A DNA stretch of 64,000 bases, taken from Thermococcus sp. JdFR-02 (GTDB lineage: Archaea; Methanobacteriota_B; Thermococci; Thermococcales; Thermococcaceae). A program made the position numbers and the translations under genes. Every line of letters starts with the position of its first letter. Positions within the stretch are counted from its first letter, which is position 1. Where the stretch lies: contig MTLP01000042.1 of assembly GCA_002009975.1 (NCBI GenBank), positions 32,001-96,000 on the forward strand, in the 5' to 3' direction. Shown here one piece after another: positions 10,610 to 22,234 of the stretch. Below the pieces are notes generated by a model, which worked only from the letters and a program-made list of their open reading frames with translations, ran no database searches and had not been told where the DNA came from.

Positions 10610-10896
10610 TTCTCCCACCTCCAAGCTACTCTTAATTCATTCATAATTTAAACTTTGTCTCAATTTATTTGTCAATGAACCGAAAAATTGAAGACATTTT
10701 GGAAGAATTTTGAATAATTTTTCTTGACGTTTATAAAGGTTTACATAATAAAAGACAACAAAGAAAGCAACGAGACCATAAAGCACATTTGTGTTCATAA
10801 GTGCTCTACTATTGCAAAAAATATTTGCTTGCTAAAGCGTTGATTTCCACAAAACTTTTATATTTTGGTGATTTTAAAACTATTTTGGCGAGAGAA

Positions 10897-11697
10897 ATGA
10901 GAATTGCCCTAAAAATTGCTTATGATGGTACTAAATTTTATGGTTTTCAACGGCAACCAAACGTCAAAACAGTTGAAGGGGAAATAGTGAGCATATTAAA
11001 AAAGCTCAAAGTTATTGAAAATTGTGAGAAAGCAAATTTTAAGGGTGCTTCGAGAACTGATAAAGGGGTCTCTGCTTTTGGAAATGTAGTTGCATTTAAT
11101 ACGGAAAATGTAAAGTTAGCTCAACCAAGGGTTTTAAATCATCATTTAAAAGACATTTGGGTCTTAGGAATCGCAGAAGTTCCAGAGGACTTTCATCCGA
11201 GATTCTGGGCAATAGAGAAGGTTTACCGTTATTACCTTGTTGATGAGAACTTTGATTTAGGAAGAATCAAAGAATGTGCAAAGCTCTTCATTGGAAAGCA
11301 CAACTTTTCAAACTTTGCAAAGCTTGAAGAATTTAAAGATCCAGTTAGGGAAATTAAAGCAATTAACGTTGAAAAAAGGGGAAGAATTATTGTATTGGAA
11401 TTTGTTGGAAAAAGCTTTCTTTGGGAAATGGTGCGCCGTTTGGTAACTGCTTTAAAACTCTGCGGGTTAGGTCTAATAAGCTTAGATGAAATAAAGGAGC
11501 TTTTGGAAGTGGAAAGTGAAAAGAAAATTCCTCCAGCACCTCCAGAAAGCTTAGTTCTTTGGGAAGTACAATACGATAATATCAGCTTTGAAATCGATGA
11601 TTATTCCCTTCAAAAGATTAGGAGAGAGTTTTTTAACAACTTTAGCAGGACATTAATAAGAGCAAGTATCTTTGAAGATTGGCTAAGCTTTCTCTAA
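10897..11697 (+). CDS. truA: tRNA pseudouridine(38-40) synthase TruA
   Basis: AYDGTKFYGFQRQP, SRTDKGVSA and FLWEMVR motifs. Confidence 0.95.
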   Translation: MRIALKIAYDGTKFYGFQRQPNVKTVEGEIVSILKKLKVIENCEKANFKGASRTDKGVSAFGNVVAFNTENVKLAQPRVLNHHLKDIWVLGIAEVPEDFHPRFWAIEKVYRYYLVDENFDLGRIKECAKLFIGKHNFSNFAKLEEFKDPVREIKAINVEKRGRIIVLEFVGKSFLWEMVRRLVTALKLCGLGLISLDEIKELLEVESEKKIPPAPPESLVLWEVQYDNISFEIDDYSLQKIRREFFNNFSRTLIRASIFEDWLSFL

Positions 11698-13044
11698 TTT
11701 TGCTCCCCTGTCGTAGTATTTTCCATAGTACTGCTTTAGAGCCTTCTCTCTTTCAATGAAATGCGTGAATAGTAGGGGATCATCATCTTCGATGTCAACG
11801 ATTATTGCTTCTTTTGCATTTTTCGGTCTCAATGCTCTGCCAATCGTTTGTATGGTCATTATGTCGCTTTTTCCTCCACCAGCTAAGATTATTGCAGAGA
11901 TCTCTGGAATATCGACTCCCTCTTTTAATAGGGTCGAAACCAGAACTTTAATTTCACCACTCTTAAATTTCTCTAAAATCTCCCAGCGGTTGGGGCTTTG
12001 AGAACTTAAGAACTCTGAGTTGATATTTCTCTGCTTTAACATTTCCACTAAAATCTTGCCGTGCTCAATTCTCCTAACATCAATTAAGACTCTATGACCA
12101 TCATTTGCAAGTTCAACAGCTTTTTCAATAATAGCTTTATTTCTCTCCTCATTTTCCATTATCATCTCTTCATAAAGTTCTTTATAGCGCTCACTGAAAG
12201 AAGGCATCTTTGAGGTGTATTTGACGACTTCAAATTTTGGTTTTGCCAAAAAGCCTTCTCTAATCAGCGTATCTGCTTTAACTTCATATATAATAGGTCC
12301 AATAGCACCTTCAATCTTGATCTCCTCTCCTTTAATTCTACGCCAAGGAGTTGCGGACAAACCAAAGCGGTATTTTTGAGGCAATTCCATTCCAAGCTCA
12401 TAAAACTTTTGAGCAGCAGATGTTCTATGGCATTCATCAAAGATTACAATCCCGTATGGAAGCTTGAGCTTATCAACTCCCCTCGAAAGCAGAGTCTGGA
12501 TCATTGCAACCGTTACTGGTCTTTCAATCCACTTGTTATCTCCAACAATCCCAGCCTCTATTCCCAAGATTTTTTCTACATTCTCAGCCCATTGATAAAG
12601 TAATTCTTTTGTGTGGACGACTACTAATGCTGACAGATTTAGCTCATGAATTATCCTTAACCCTACAACGGTCTTTCCGCTTCCAACTGGCAGAGCTAAA
12701 ACTCCCATGCCTTTCTTCAATGCAGTTCTAACTGACCTTTTCTGATAGGGTCTAAGCTTGTAATGCTCATTCCAAGAGGGATTAACCTCAATTCCCTCGA
12801 CTTCTCTCTCATCAATGACCCTTACCCTGTGACCCTTGGAATTTAGGATTTTCTTAACCCTGGGTATTAAGCCGATTGGGAATGATCGTTCAAATGGATC
12901 GTAGAGAGATTCGGGTTTCTTCCATTTACCATAGTCTTTTCTATATGTTAATGCCTCATACACTGTAAAATAGACCTTTGGAGGCGCTTTTTCAACTATA
13001 ACCTTTGCAGATTTGTTAGGTATTCTTAGAGTTACCATCCCCAT
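11683..13044 (-). CDS. SF2 DEAD/DEAH helicase, XPB/Rad25-like
   Basis: LRPYQ, LPVGSGKT, DECH, SAT and QTIGRALR motifs. Confidence 0.9.
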   Translation of the reverse strand: MGMVTLRIPNKSAKVIVEKAPPKVYFTVYEALTYRKDYGKWKKPESLYDPFERSFPIGLIPRVKKILNSKGHRVRVIDEREVEGIEVNPSWNEHYKLRPYQKRSVRTALKKGMGVLALPVGSGKTVVGLRIIHELNLSALVVVHTKELLYQWAENVEKILGIEAGIVGDNKWIERPVTVAMIQTLLSRGVDKLKLPYGIVIFDECHRTSAAQKFYELGMELPQKYRFGLSATPWRRIKGEEIKIEGAIGPIIYEVKADTLIREGFLAKPKFEVVKYTSKMPSFSERYKELYEEMIMENEERNKAIIEKAVELANDGHRVLIDVRRIEHGKILVEMLKQRNINSEFLSSQSPNRWEILEKFKSGEIKVLVSTLLKEGVDIPEISAIILAGGGKSDIMTIQTIGRALRPKNAKEAIIVDIEDDDPLLFTHFIEREKALKQYYGKYYDRGAKLEKA

Positions 13045-13144
13045 TGCCACTCAAAATAAAGGTTCTGTTCATACCTCTTTATAGGTGTTTTGTTTGAGGA
13101 TAAAAACTAAATAGTAGATTCTGCCATTCCACTTTGGTGGTGAT

Positions 13145-14416
13145 ATGTTAAAGAAAATACTGGAAAATTTTGGTGATGAGTTAATTGTCATAAAAAAGCC
13201 TGTAAGTAAAAAGCTTGAAATAACAAAATACCTTCTTCAGAATAAAGATAAGCCGATACTCTTTAAAGATGTTGATGGTTGGGAAGTTGCGGGTAATATC
13301 TGGAGCACAAGAGAAAGGATTGCAAAATATTTGGGCATTAAAAGGGAGGAAATTCTTCATTTAATTACAGATGCTATTGACAATCCAAAATCTTATGAGA
13401 TTGTAAAAGATGCTCCTTTTTTGAAGAACAAGACAAGAGAATTCTCCCTAAAGGAATTACCAATTCCTCAATACTTCCCAAAAGATGGAGGACAATACTT
13501 TACTTCCGCTATAATTGCGGCAAAGGATAAGAATGGCTTTGTAAATCTCTCCTTTCATAGAATGATGGTGATTGATGACAAAAGAGTCACTGTGAGGATA
13601 GTTCCAAGGCATCTCTATGCAATGTGGAGAGATGCCTATGAGCATGGCGAAGAGCTCGATGTTAGAATTATCGTTGGAAATCCAATCCATATTCTGTTAG
13701 CTGCAGCAACAAGCGTTGAGTATGGAAAAAGCGAGCTTAACATAGCTTCAGCTATAAGCGAAAGAGCCTTTGGAAAACCATTGGAGGTTATAAATCTTAA
13801 TGGCATTGAAGTTCCTGCAGAGAGCGAATTTGTGTTTGAGGCTAAAATTCTTCCAGAGCTTGATAAAGAAGGTCCCTTTGTTGATATCACGGGAACTTAT
13901 GACTATGTAAGGGAGCAACCACTTATAGTTTTTGAAAGGATGTATCATGTTGAAGATCCAATATTCCATGCCCTACTACCCGGTGGATATGAACACTACA
14001 TGCTTATGGGACTCCCAAAGGAGCCTCAAATATATAAGAGCGTTAAGCAAGTCGTTCCAAAAGTTCACGGTATCAGATTGACAGAAGGAGGCTGTATGTG
14101 GCTTCATGCTGTAGTTAGTATAACCAAACAACATGATGGCGATGGGAAAAACGCTATTTTAGCGGCTTTTTCGGGGCATCCATCACTTAAGCATGTTGTT
14201 GTGGTCGATGAGGACATTAATATCTACGATGACAGGGAAGTGGAATGGGCAATAGCAACGAGATTTCAAGCTGATAAAGACTTAGTTATAATTCCAAATG
14301 CTCGTGGAAGTTCTCTAGATCCTTCAGCTGAGAAAAGCCTAACAGCCAAGTGGGGCATTGATGCAACAAAGCCGTTGGATAAAAAAGAGGAGTTTGAGAG
14401 AACCAAATTAGACTAA
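13145..14416 (+). CDS. UbiD-family decarboxylase (probably anhydromevalonate phosphate decarboxylase of the archaeal mevalonate pathway)
   Basis: [22 protein letters not shown] and GIDATKP motifs; substrate inferred from lineage. Confidence 0.85.
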   Translation: MLKKILENFGDELIVIKKPVSKKLEITKYLLQNKDKPILFKDVDGWEVAGNIWSTRERIAKYLGIKREEILHLITDAIDNPKSYEIVKDAPFLKNKTREFSLKELPIPQYFPKDGGQYFTSAIIAAKDKNGFVNLSFHRMMVIDDKRVTVRIVPRHLYAMWRDAYEHGEELDVRIIVGNPIHILLAAATSVEYGKSELNIASAISERAFGKPLEVINLNGIEVPAESEFVFEAKILPELDKEGPFVDITGTYDYVREQPLIVFERMYHVEDPIFHALLPGGYEHYMLMGLPKEPQIYKSVKQVVPKVHGIRLTEGGCMWLHAVVSITKQHDGDGKNAILAAFSGHPSLKHVVVVDEDINIYDDREVEWAIATRFQADKDLVIIPNARGSSLDPSAEKSLTAKWGIDATKPLDKKEEFERTKLD

Positions 14417-14417
14417 C

Positions 14418-15314
<897 letters not shown>

Positions 15315-15354
15315 TTAATCACCCCTATTCCCTTTATCTGCAGTATTATTAAGC

Positions 15355-16632
15355 TTAACTTTGATCTTTAATTGACTTTTCATAAAGTTCAAAGGCTTTC
15401 TTTTCTGCTTTTTCTAAGAGTTTTTGTTCATCAGATACCAAGACTTTTCTATTTAACATTATGGGATTTCCATTAACTATCAAACCATCTACATCACTCG
15501 CCCTCATAGAATATACAGCTAAAGTTATTGGGTCATAGAAGGGCTTTAAATGGGGTTTATCCAAGTCGATGAGCATTAAATCTGCTAAATATCCCTCTTC
15601 AACCCTTCCAGCTTTAAATCCTAAGGCTTTCGCCCCATTTTCAGTTGCAACTTTAAAAACTTCCTCAGCTTTCGCTATCGTTGGGTTCCATCTATGATTC
15701 TTTTGGGCTATTGCCATAATCTTCATTTCCTCAAACATGTCAAAGTTGTTGTTGCTTGCAACGCCATCTGTGCCGAGGGTAACTAAAACACCGTATTCAA
15801 GCATCTCTGGAAAGGGCATTACCCCGCCAGAGGCTAGTTTTAAATTGCTTACGGGATTATGTGCAACTTTAACTTTATATCTGGCTAAGGTTTTTATCTC
15901 CGCTTTTGTGAGCCAAACAGAGTGTGCCGCTAAGACATTTTCTCCTAAAAAGCCTATGTCTTCTAAAAGTTTAACAGGTCTCTTTCCATAGCGCTTTTGA
16001 ATCTCATAAACTTCCCATCTTGTCTCTGCTAGATGAATTTGGAGCAAAATGTTGTATTTCTCTGCAAGCTCTTTTGCCTTCATTAGAGTTTCTGGAGAGC
16101 AGGTATAGGGTGCGTGAGGTGCTACACTTGGCTTAATTAGCTCGTGATCTCTGTATTTCTTTGCAAACTTTTCTGCTATTTTGAGCATTTCTTCTGGAGT
16201 TTCTGCCTCTGGAGAGGGGAAATCAAAAATTGTAGTTCCTAAAACACCTCTCAATCCTAAAAGTTCCAAAACCCTTGCGACTTCTTCCATGTAAAAATAC
16301 ATATCTGCTATAGCAGCGATTCCAGAGTGTATTAGCTCTAAAGCTCCAATTATTGCCCCCCAATAAACATATTCACCATTGATGTTTTTTTCCATGGGCC
16401 AAATAATCTTCTCAAGCCAGTCTTTAAGCCACATATCTTCTCCAAGTCCTCTAAAGACTGTCATTGATAGGTGAGTATGCGTATTATAGAAAGCAGGCAT
16501 TAGAAGCTTTCCTTTTCCATCTATTACCCAATCATCTTTTTTTGCTTCTTCATTTATGCTGGATATGACGTTTCCTTCAATGTAAACATTGGCTCTTTTT
16601 TTATTCGGCAAGATAACATTTTTGATGAGCAT
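15355..16632 (-). CDS. mtaD: Amidohydrolase, 5-methylthioadenosine/S-adenosylhomocysteine deaminase-like
   Basis: NTHTH, PHAPYTCS, HLAET and LGTDG motifs. Confidence 0.85.
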   Translation of the reverse strand: MLIKNVILPNKKRANVYIEGNVISSINEEAKKDDWVIDGKGKLLMPAFYNTHTHLSMTVFRGLGEDMWLKDWLEKIIWPMEKNINGEYVYWGAIIGALELIHSGIAAIADMYFYMEEVARVLELLGLRGVLGTTIFDFPSPEAETPEEMLKIAEKFAKKYRDHELIKPSVAPHAPYTCSPETLMKAKELAEKYNILLQIHLAETRWEVYEIQKRYGKRPVKLLEDIGFLGENVLAAHSVWLTKAEIKTLARYKVKVAHNPVSNLKLASGGVMPFPEMLEYGVLVTLGTDGVASNNNFDMFEEMKIMAIAQKNHRWNPTIAKAEEVFKVATENGAKALGFKAGRVEEGYLADLMLIDLDKPHLKPFYDPITLAVYSMRASDVDGLIVNGNPIMLNRKVLVSDEQKLLEKAEKKAFELYEKSIKDQS

Positions 16633-16688
16633 TTTCACCACAAAAAATCTTTTATTTACTATTGGGATTTTAGTTTTATGGTGAGCCA

Positions 16689-18170
16689 ATGCTAAAAGTA
16701 AGAAAGTACATCAACATTTCAGATGATTTATTTGTTGTTAAGAATCTCATAGGAGCATTGTTGCAGGGCATCGGGGTTGCGTATTTGGTCCCAGTCCTGC
16801 TGATATGGTTTTATCCTGATGAAATAAGTAATATCCATTATTTTGTTATTCCCGGTGTTGGGAGCATAATTTTAGGAGCTTGGCTTGGAAGACATGCTCA
16901 ACACATAGAAGATGTCAATTTGAGACAAGCTATGATAGCTTCCGCCTTCGTTTGGCTTACTGCTTCAGCGGTCGCGGTTATACCTTTTATAAAAATCGCT
17001 AACATGAGCTTTGTTGATTCATATTTTGAAAGCATGTCAGCTTGGACTGGTACAGGATTAACTATGATGCGCAATTTGGAGAGCTATCCACACATATTGC
17101 TCTTTTGGAGAGCATGGATGCAGTGGTTAGGGGGAATAGGTATAGTGTTAGTCGCTTTGACGATTTTAATTCGTCCAGGAGTTGCTGCCGCTCGTTTATA
17201 TAAGGCAGAGGCAAGAAGTGAAAGGATTTTGCCCAATTTAGCCAACACCTCACGGATAATCTTCCAAATCTACTTGGTTATAACACTTTTAGGCGTTTAT
17301 CTCCTCTATATAAATGGCATGCCTCTTTTTGATGCATTAATTCACTCAATGACGGGCGTAGGAACTGGTGGTATGAGCTCTCATGACTTAAGCATTGGAT
17401 TCTTCAACAGCTTAAGCATAGAAACCATTACAATCTTTTTGATGATACTGGGTGCAACAAACTTTACCGTTCATTATAGAATGCTCAAAGATAAGCTTAT
17501 AACGCCTTTTTTTGATGATATCCAAGTTCGCTATATGTTCTTTTTCTTAATCCCCGTAATATCCCTTATAGCCTATAGTCTGGTTCAAACAGGTCTTTAT
17601 GTTGGAACTGCTTTTAGAGAAGCAATATTCCATGCTGTCTCTGCAATAACGTGTACTGGTTTTGGGATTGGAAATTTAAGTCAATATCCTGAAATCGCTA
17701 AGCTTTTACTTGGATTTTTAATGGTAGTCGGTGGAGGTGCGGGAAGTACAGCAGGTGGTATAAAGCTCATTAGAATCACACTTATGTATGAAAGTCTAAA
17801 ATGGACAATAGAACAAGCAATATTACCAAAAGGAGCGGTTATAAAAAGAAAGGTTGGTAATTATGTCTTTTCAGAAGAAGAAATTCAAGAGGTTTTAAGC
17901 TTTACAATGACATATTTGGCTTTTCTCCTAATTGGTACAATTTGGACAATGTTTAGAGTGAATGCATCATTAGCAGACTCCTTTTTTGAGGTTGCGTCAG
18001 CACAAGGAAATGTTGGACTGAGCGTTGGAATAACCTCTCCAGCTCTCCCATTGGACATTAAGATCTTGCTGATTTTGCATATGTGGATTGGAAGGCTTGA
18101 AATATTCTCAACCTTAGTGTTCATAGTTAGCGCTGCGATGTTGCTTCCAAGGATAATTGAGAAGGGTTAA
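16689..18170 (+). CDS. trkH: Trk potassium uptake permease TrkH
   Basis: FESMSAWTGTG, QWLGGIGI, GSTAGGIK and MWIGRLE motifs. Confidence 0.93.
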   Translation: MLKVRKYINISDDLFVVKNLIGALLQGIGVAYLVPVLLIWFYPDEISNIHYFVIPGVGSIILGAWLGRHAQHIEDVNLRQAMIASAFVWLTASAVAVIPFIKIANMSFVDSYFESMSAWTGTGLTMMRNLESYPHILLFWRAWMQWLGGIGIVLVALTILIRPGVAAARLYKAEARSERILPNLANTSRIIFQIYLVITLLGVYLLYINGMPLFDALIHSMTGVGTGGMSSHDLSIGFFNSLSIETITIFLMILGATNFTVHYRMLKDKLITPFFDDIQVRYMFFFLIPVISLIAYSLVQTGLYVGTAFREAIFHAVSAITCTGFGIGNLSQYPEIAKLLLGFLMVVGGGAGSTAGGIKLIRITLMYESLKWTIEQAILPKGAVIKRKVGNYVFSEEEIQEVLSFTMTYLAFLLIGTIWTMFRVNASLADSFFEVASAQGNVGLSVGITSPALPLDIKILLILHMWIGRLEIFSTLVFIVSAAMLLPRIIEKG

Positions 18171-18214
18171 TGTTTTTATATCATGTATGCCGAGAAATTG
18201 CTAAGGTGTTAGAC

Positions 18215-19021
18215 ATGCAGATAGGAGTTAGTATTTACCCTCACTTTATCAACAAAGACAAAAGCTTAGCCTCAATACTTGCAGACGTTAAAATTAAGAA
18301 CTACGACTTTGTTCAGATATTCCCCCATACACTTGGATTGATAAAAAATGGTCAAGTGATGGAAAGAGAGCTTAGAGCAGTGGAGGCTACTCTCAAAGGT
18401 GTGGGGATTGACTACATAATAAGAATGCCAGTTTCCCTCAATCTAAGGGATCATGTATACTATGGAAGACATTTCAAAGTTGCAAAAGCGTGTGTAGATG
18501 TGGCAATAAAATTGGGATCAAAGCTGGTTGTAATGCAAAGTGGAACGACTGGGAGATTAGACTTGGAGATTGAAGCAATACAGGAGTTAGCGGATATAGC
18601 AGGTAAATTTGGAATAAAGATAGCACTCGAAAACACGTTTAGTGTAAAGGACACCCTCTATGTAGTAGACAATGTAAACAGAAATAATGTCGGATTTGCA
18701 TTAGATCTAGCACACGCATTTTTAAGTGCTGGAGGAGACGAGAGCAAGTTCCTTGATGATGTGAAACTTGGTGCCAAGAAAACGTTCATACTAATGGTTC
18801 ATGACAACTTTGGAAAGCTCTCCCCGCAGGTTGAACCTGAAGACGCTTTAGCCTATGGAGTTGGTGATTTGCATTTGCTACCCGGAGAAGGGAAGATACC
18901 ATTTAGCAAAGCATTGAGGCTCTTTGAGATTGTGCCCCTGCTAATAAAGATCAAAGATGCTGATAAATTCTCGAAGCTACCAAATAAACAGACACTCATA
19001 GAAATGTTAACAACTATTTAG
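18215..19021 (+). CDS. Sugar phosphate isomerase/epimerase (AP endonuclease 2 TIM-barrel) family protein
   Basis: IALENT, LDLAHA, HDNFG and DLHLLPGEG motifs. Confidence 0.8.
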   Translation: MQIGVSIYPHFINKDKSLASILADVKIKNYDFVQIFPHTLGLIKNGQVMERELRAVEATLKGVGIDYIIRMPVSLNLRDHVYYGRHFKVAKACVDVAIKLGSKLVVMQSGTTGRLDLEIEAIQELADIAGKFGIKIALENTFSVKDTLYVVDNVNRNNVGFALDLAHAFLSAGGDESKFLDDVKLGAKKTFILMVHDNFGKLSPQVEPEDALAYGVGDLHLLPGEGKIPFSKALRLFEIVPLLIKIKDADKFSKLPNKQTLIEMLTTI

Positions 19022-19404
19022 AGCTCCAATCTTTCTTTTATAACTTTTAAAAGCTCTCCAAAGGCTATTCCAATAATCTCTTTTTTTCTCACAAAATGCG
19101 TTATATCTGGAGTAAAGTTAGCTTTCAAAATATTGACAGCTTCATCTGTGTTAATTTTCTTTTCTAACCATGCATAGGCAATTATTGCTTCTGCAATGTC
19201 TCCTTTTCCATGTTTGTCTGTTCTTGATGGGACGTAATTTAGCAAGTTAGCCCTATCTAATGCGATTGCCAATGAAGAGTTGGGAACCCTTTCAGCGCTT
19301 GGTTTTCCTAAGTATTCACTTAAAGCTAAGGAAAAGAGAAAGTTAACCAAAGAGTCACCAAACTTTGAAAGGTTTTTGTCTGTAAAATCCTTGGAATACT
19401 TCAT
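19018..19404 (-). CDS. Minimal archaeal ribonuclease III-family protein
   Basis: LSKFGDSLVN (cf. LEFLGD) and GDIAEA. Confidence 0.75.
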   Translation of the reverse strand: MKYSKDFTDKNLSKFGDSLVNFLFSLALSEYLGKPSAERVPNSSLAIALDRANLLNYVPSRTDKHGKGDIAEAIIAYAWLEKKINTDEAVNILKANFTPDITHFVRKKEIIGIAFGELLKVIKERLEL

Positions 19405-19426
19405 TTCAATCCCAAAACAAAAATAA

Positions 19427-19714
19427 TTAGCCCTTAACTGCCTTTTCCCACGTTTCCAAGACATCCTTTGCTTTGTCGAATATCCTTTGTGCAGCTTCTT
19501 CTAAAGCTTGCTCTGGTGTTATTTTTCCATCAGTTTTGATCTTGAATCTTGGTTTCCTTGCCATTAGAATTGGATGCTCAATCGTATATCCAGCAAAGAC
19601 CACATGCTTGTTTTCATGAAGCACATCATTTAATAAATTAGCAAAAGTGTGATCTTCCCCTTCAATGTAGAACTCTAAAAGGTTTTTCTCACGCTTAATT
19701 ATCTCTATCTTCAT
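19427..19714 (-). CDS. rpoL: DNA-directed RNA polymerase subunit L (Rpo11)
   Basis: [11 protein letters not shown] and AGYTIEHP motifs. Confidence 0.96.
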   Translation of the reverse strand: MKIEIIKREKNLLEFYIEGEDHTFANLLNDVLHENKHVVFAGYTIEHPILMARKPRFKIKTDGKITPEQALEEAAQRIFDKAKDVLETWEKAVKG

Positions 19715-20337
19715 TTTTCTTCACCTTCCAAATATTTTAACAGTAGTTCCATTGCTTGCTCCTTATTCTTAACAAGTTCGTATTTAAATTTATCCTCCTT
19801 GTATTCAGCTAATCCCAGTTCAACCATTATATCCAAAATTTCCTCTGGGTCTAAATCATGGGCAACTGCAACGGGCAAGACAACTTCCCTAATTTGTCTT
19901 GTCGTTTGGAGTGTTACTTGAGCCAATAAAGCTCCAAGACGCTTAACCAATTCAACAATCTCATTCCATGAGAGGGTGGTTTTGAGTGTTCCCTCTTCAA
20001 ATTGGACGACTTCATTAAGAAGCTTTAGAGTTTTTAACAATATTGGTGCAGAAATGCTGACCCCGGCTTCTCTAAATATGTCATCAATTACATACTCATA
20101 CAATCCTTTTTTGTTTGCATAAAGTCTTGAACGAACCCTTCTGTGAATTTCATTAATTTTATAAACTGCATCTCTGATCTCATCTTTTGTGCCTTGAATG
20201 TTGATTTTCAAAGTGTTCAACTTTCCATGAACATAAATAAAAGCGGGTAGATTAAGCTTTTGGACTTCTTTCATAAATTCCTCCTTTTCAACATCATTTT
20301 TGACATGAATTACGATGACCTTCTTTCCTGCTTTCAT
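19711..20337 (-). CDS. Conserved archaeal protein, DUF2067-like
   Basis: Lies between csl4 and rpoL with coupled stop/start. Confidence 0.7.
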   Translation of the reverse strand: MKAGKKVIVIHVKNDVEKEEFMKEVQKLNLPAFIYVHGKLNTLKINIQGTKDEIRDAVYKINEIHRRVRSRLYANKKGLYEYVIDDIFREAGVSISAPILLKTLKLLNEVVQFEEGTLKTTLSWNEIVELVKRLGALLAQVTLQTTRQIREVVLPVAVAHDLDPEEILDIMVELGLAEYKEDKFKYELVKNKEQAMELLLKYLEGEEK

Positions 20338-20346
20338 ACTTCACAC

Positions 20347-20943
20347 CTAAATTTCAATCTTTATTTTTCTGTACATTGATGAGAGCTTTCTTGTTTCAGA
20401 ATTCCCACATTTTGGACAGATTAATTGACTACCCTTCCTTACAAGGGGAGCTCTACAAGTTGAACAAAGAGCAAAGACAACACCTAATCCTTGTCCTTTG
20501 GTGGTTAGCTGAATTGGACTTTTTTCATTTGCAATAACCTTTGCTCTAACAATGTCACTAACTTTAAACTCCCTGCTCATCTCATCAACATAGCCATCTT
20601 TCACTTGAGATATATGTATCCCGGCAAGCTTTGAGGCTGCAATTTCTCTATATCCGTTTCTTCCCTCTATTTTCAACAGTTGCACTATGGCTGCTTGAGG
20701 TTTAACCTCAATTACCTTTGCTATAACAACATCCCCCACCTTTGGAACAGGTGGAGTGTCTGTAACAGCTTCTACACTAATTTCCATCCTCTCAAGGTTT
20801 ACTTTAACTTTTCCAGCTCTCGTGGCATATAATTCCCCATTTTCTTCTATAACACCTTCTCCAGGCAAGAATTCTTCAATAATTCCAAGATAATCTCCAG
20901 GAAGAACAAAATCCCCGTTTTTTACGCTTTTCTTTTTATCCAT
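20347..20943 (-). CDS. csl4: Exosome RNA-binding subunit Csl4
   Basis: VLPGDYLG, S1 domain, CxxC...CPKC zinc ribbon, ETRKLS. Confidence 0.95.
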   Translation of the reverse strand: MDKKKSVKNGDFVLPGDYLGIIEEFLPGEGVIEENGELYATRAGKVKVNLERMEISVEAVTDTPPVPKVGDVVIAKVIEVKPQAAIVQLLKIEGRNGYREIAASKLAGIHISQVKDGYVDEMSREFKVSDIVRAKVIANEKSPIQLTTKGQGLGVVFALCSTCRAPLVRKGSQLICPKCGNSETRKLSSMYRKIKIEI

Positions 20944-21088
20944 TGTCCGCACCTCAAAACTTTTTTTACAATGGTCTACTTTTAAGTTTATGGCTTTCCA
21001 ATATGACACCCAATTTAAAAGATTATCTAACCTCAGCTTAAACTTTCTGGTGTGGCATAGATTTAAAAACTTCTGTTTTTAGCTCATT

Positions 21089-22234
21089 ATGGTGGCGGGA
21101 GTGGAGGAATATATAAAGTTAGCTGTTGAGTTAATAAAGAAAGGATGGGAAGAGAGGAAAATCAGAGTAAGACTGCCCAAGGATAATGCTGATGAAATAA
21201 TTGAAATTGCTAAAGCGAGAATTCGTGCAAAGGACAAATTTTCAAAAGATAACCTATGGATGGATTTAGAGGGATTAAGATATGCAACCCATGAAATTGT
21301 TGCTGAATATAGAGCTAAGAGAATAAAGCCCAAAAGTATAGCAGATGTTAGCTGTGGAGTTGGCATTCAGCTTATCTTCTTTGCAAAGTATGCAAGAGAA
21401 GCTTATGCAGTTGATATTGAGGAGAAAAAGCTGTTCTATGCCATGAAAAATGCTGAAGTTTATGGTGTTAAAGAGAAGATAAAATTTATTCTCGGAGATA
21501 GTCTAAGTAAAGAAGTTGTTGATCAAATAGATGCGGACATAATATTTTCAGATCCCGCGAGACCTCCAGAGATGCCAGAAAGAAATTTGGAAGATTTACT
21601 CCCAAGTCCATTGGCTATTTATAATGCCTACAAACATAAAACTGACTCGTTTATATTCGATTTGCCACCTCAAATAAGGAGGAAAAAAATCCCTTGGAGA
21701 GGAGAATTTGAATACATTGACCTACATGGACGCTTAAATAGATTAACCTTTTACTTTGAACCTTTAGCTAAAGCAGAGCGTTCTGCAGTCCTATTACCAA
21801 GAGGGGTTAGATTAGAAAGCAATCCAAATTTAGAAGACATAGTAGAGTGGAGCGAGCCAAAAGAGTATCTATATGAAATTCCTCAGAGTATAGACTATGC
21901 AGACCTAATAAATGAACTCTTTCATAATGTAAAGGGTGAGTTGTTCATAACGCTTAGAGAAAAGAGGAGGGTTTTAGCAACAAGTGATGAAGAAGTTAAG
22001 AGTGAATACTTTAAAAGAAGATATGTTTTAGTTGGCACTGTTCCATTCCATCCATTAAGAATTAACGACTTTTTGAGAAGAGAGGGCTTTAGGAAGGCAA
22101 CATTAAGGATAAGCATTCCAGATAAAGAGTACTGGAAGTTCAGGCATAAAGTAGAGGCTAATCTAAAAGGAGAAAGGAAAGCGTATGTTTTTCAATATAA
22201 AAATAAAGCATTGATCGCAGAGCCCTTAGACTAG
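21089..22234 (+). CDS. Class I SAM-dependent methyltransferase with THUMP-like C-terminus (RNA N-methyltransferase-like)
   Basis: ADVSCGVG motif I, IFSDPARPP motif IV, EGLRYAT. Confidence 0.8.
   Translation: MVAGVEEYIKLAVELIKKGWEERKIRVRLPKDNADEIIEIAKARIRAKDKFSKDNLWMDLEGLRYATHEIVAEYRAKRIKPKSIADVSCGVGIQLIFFAKYAREAYAVDIEEKKLFYAMKNAEVYGVKEKIKFILGDSLSKEVVDQIDADIIFSDPARPPEMPERNLEDLLPSPLAIYNAYKHKTDSFIFDLPPQIRRKKIPWRGEFEYIDLHGRLNRLTFYFEPLAKAERSAVLLPRGVRLESNPNLEDIVEWSEPKEYLYEIPQSIDYADLINELFHNVKGELFITLREKRRVLATSDEEVKSEYFKRRYVLVGTVPFHPLRINDFLRREGFRKATLRISIPDKEYWKFRHKVEANLKGERKAYVFQYKNKALIAEPLD

Noticed and set aside
16632-16689. Apparent head-to-head overlap of mtaD and trkH at 16689
   Set aside because: Artefact of longest-ORF calling; the RBS-supported mtaD start is 16632
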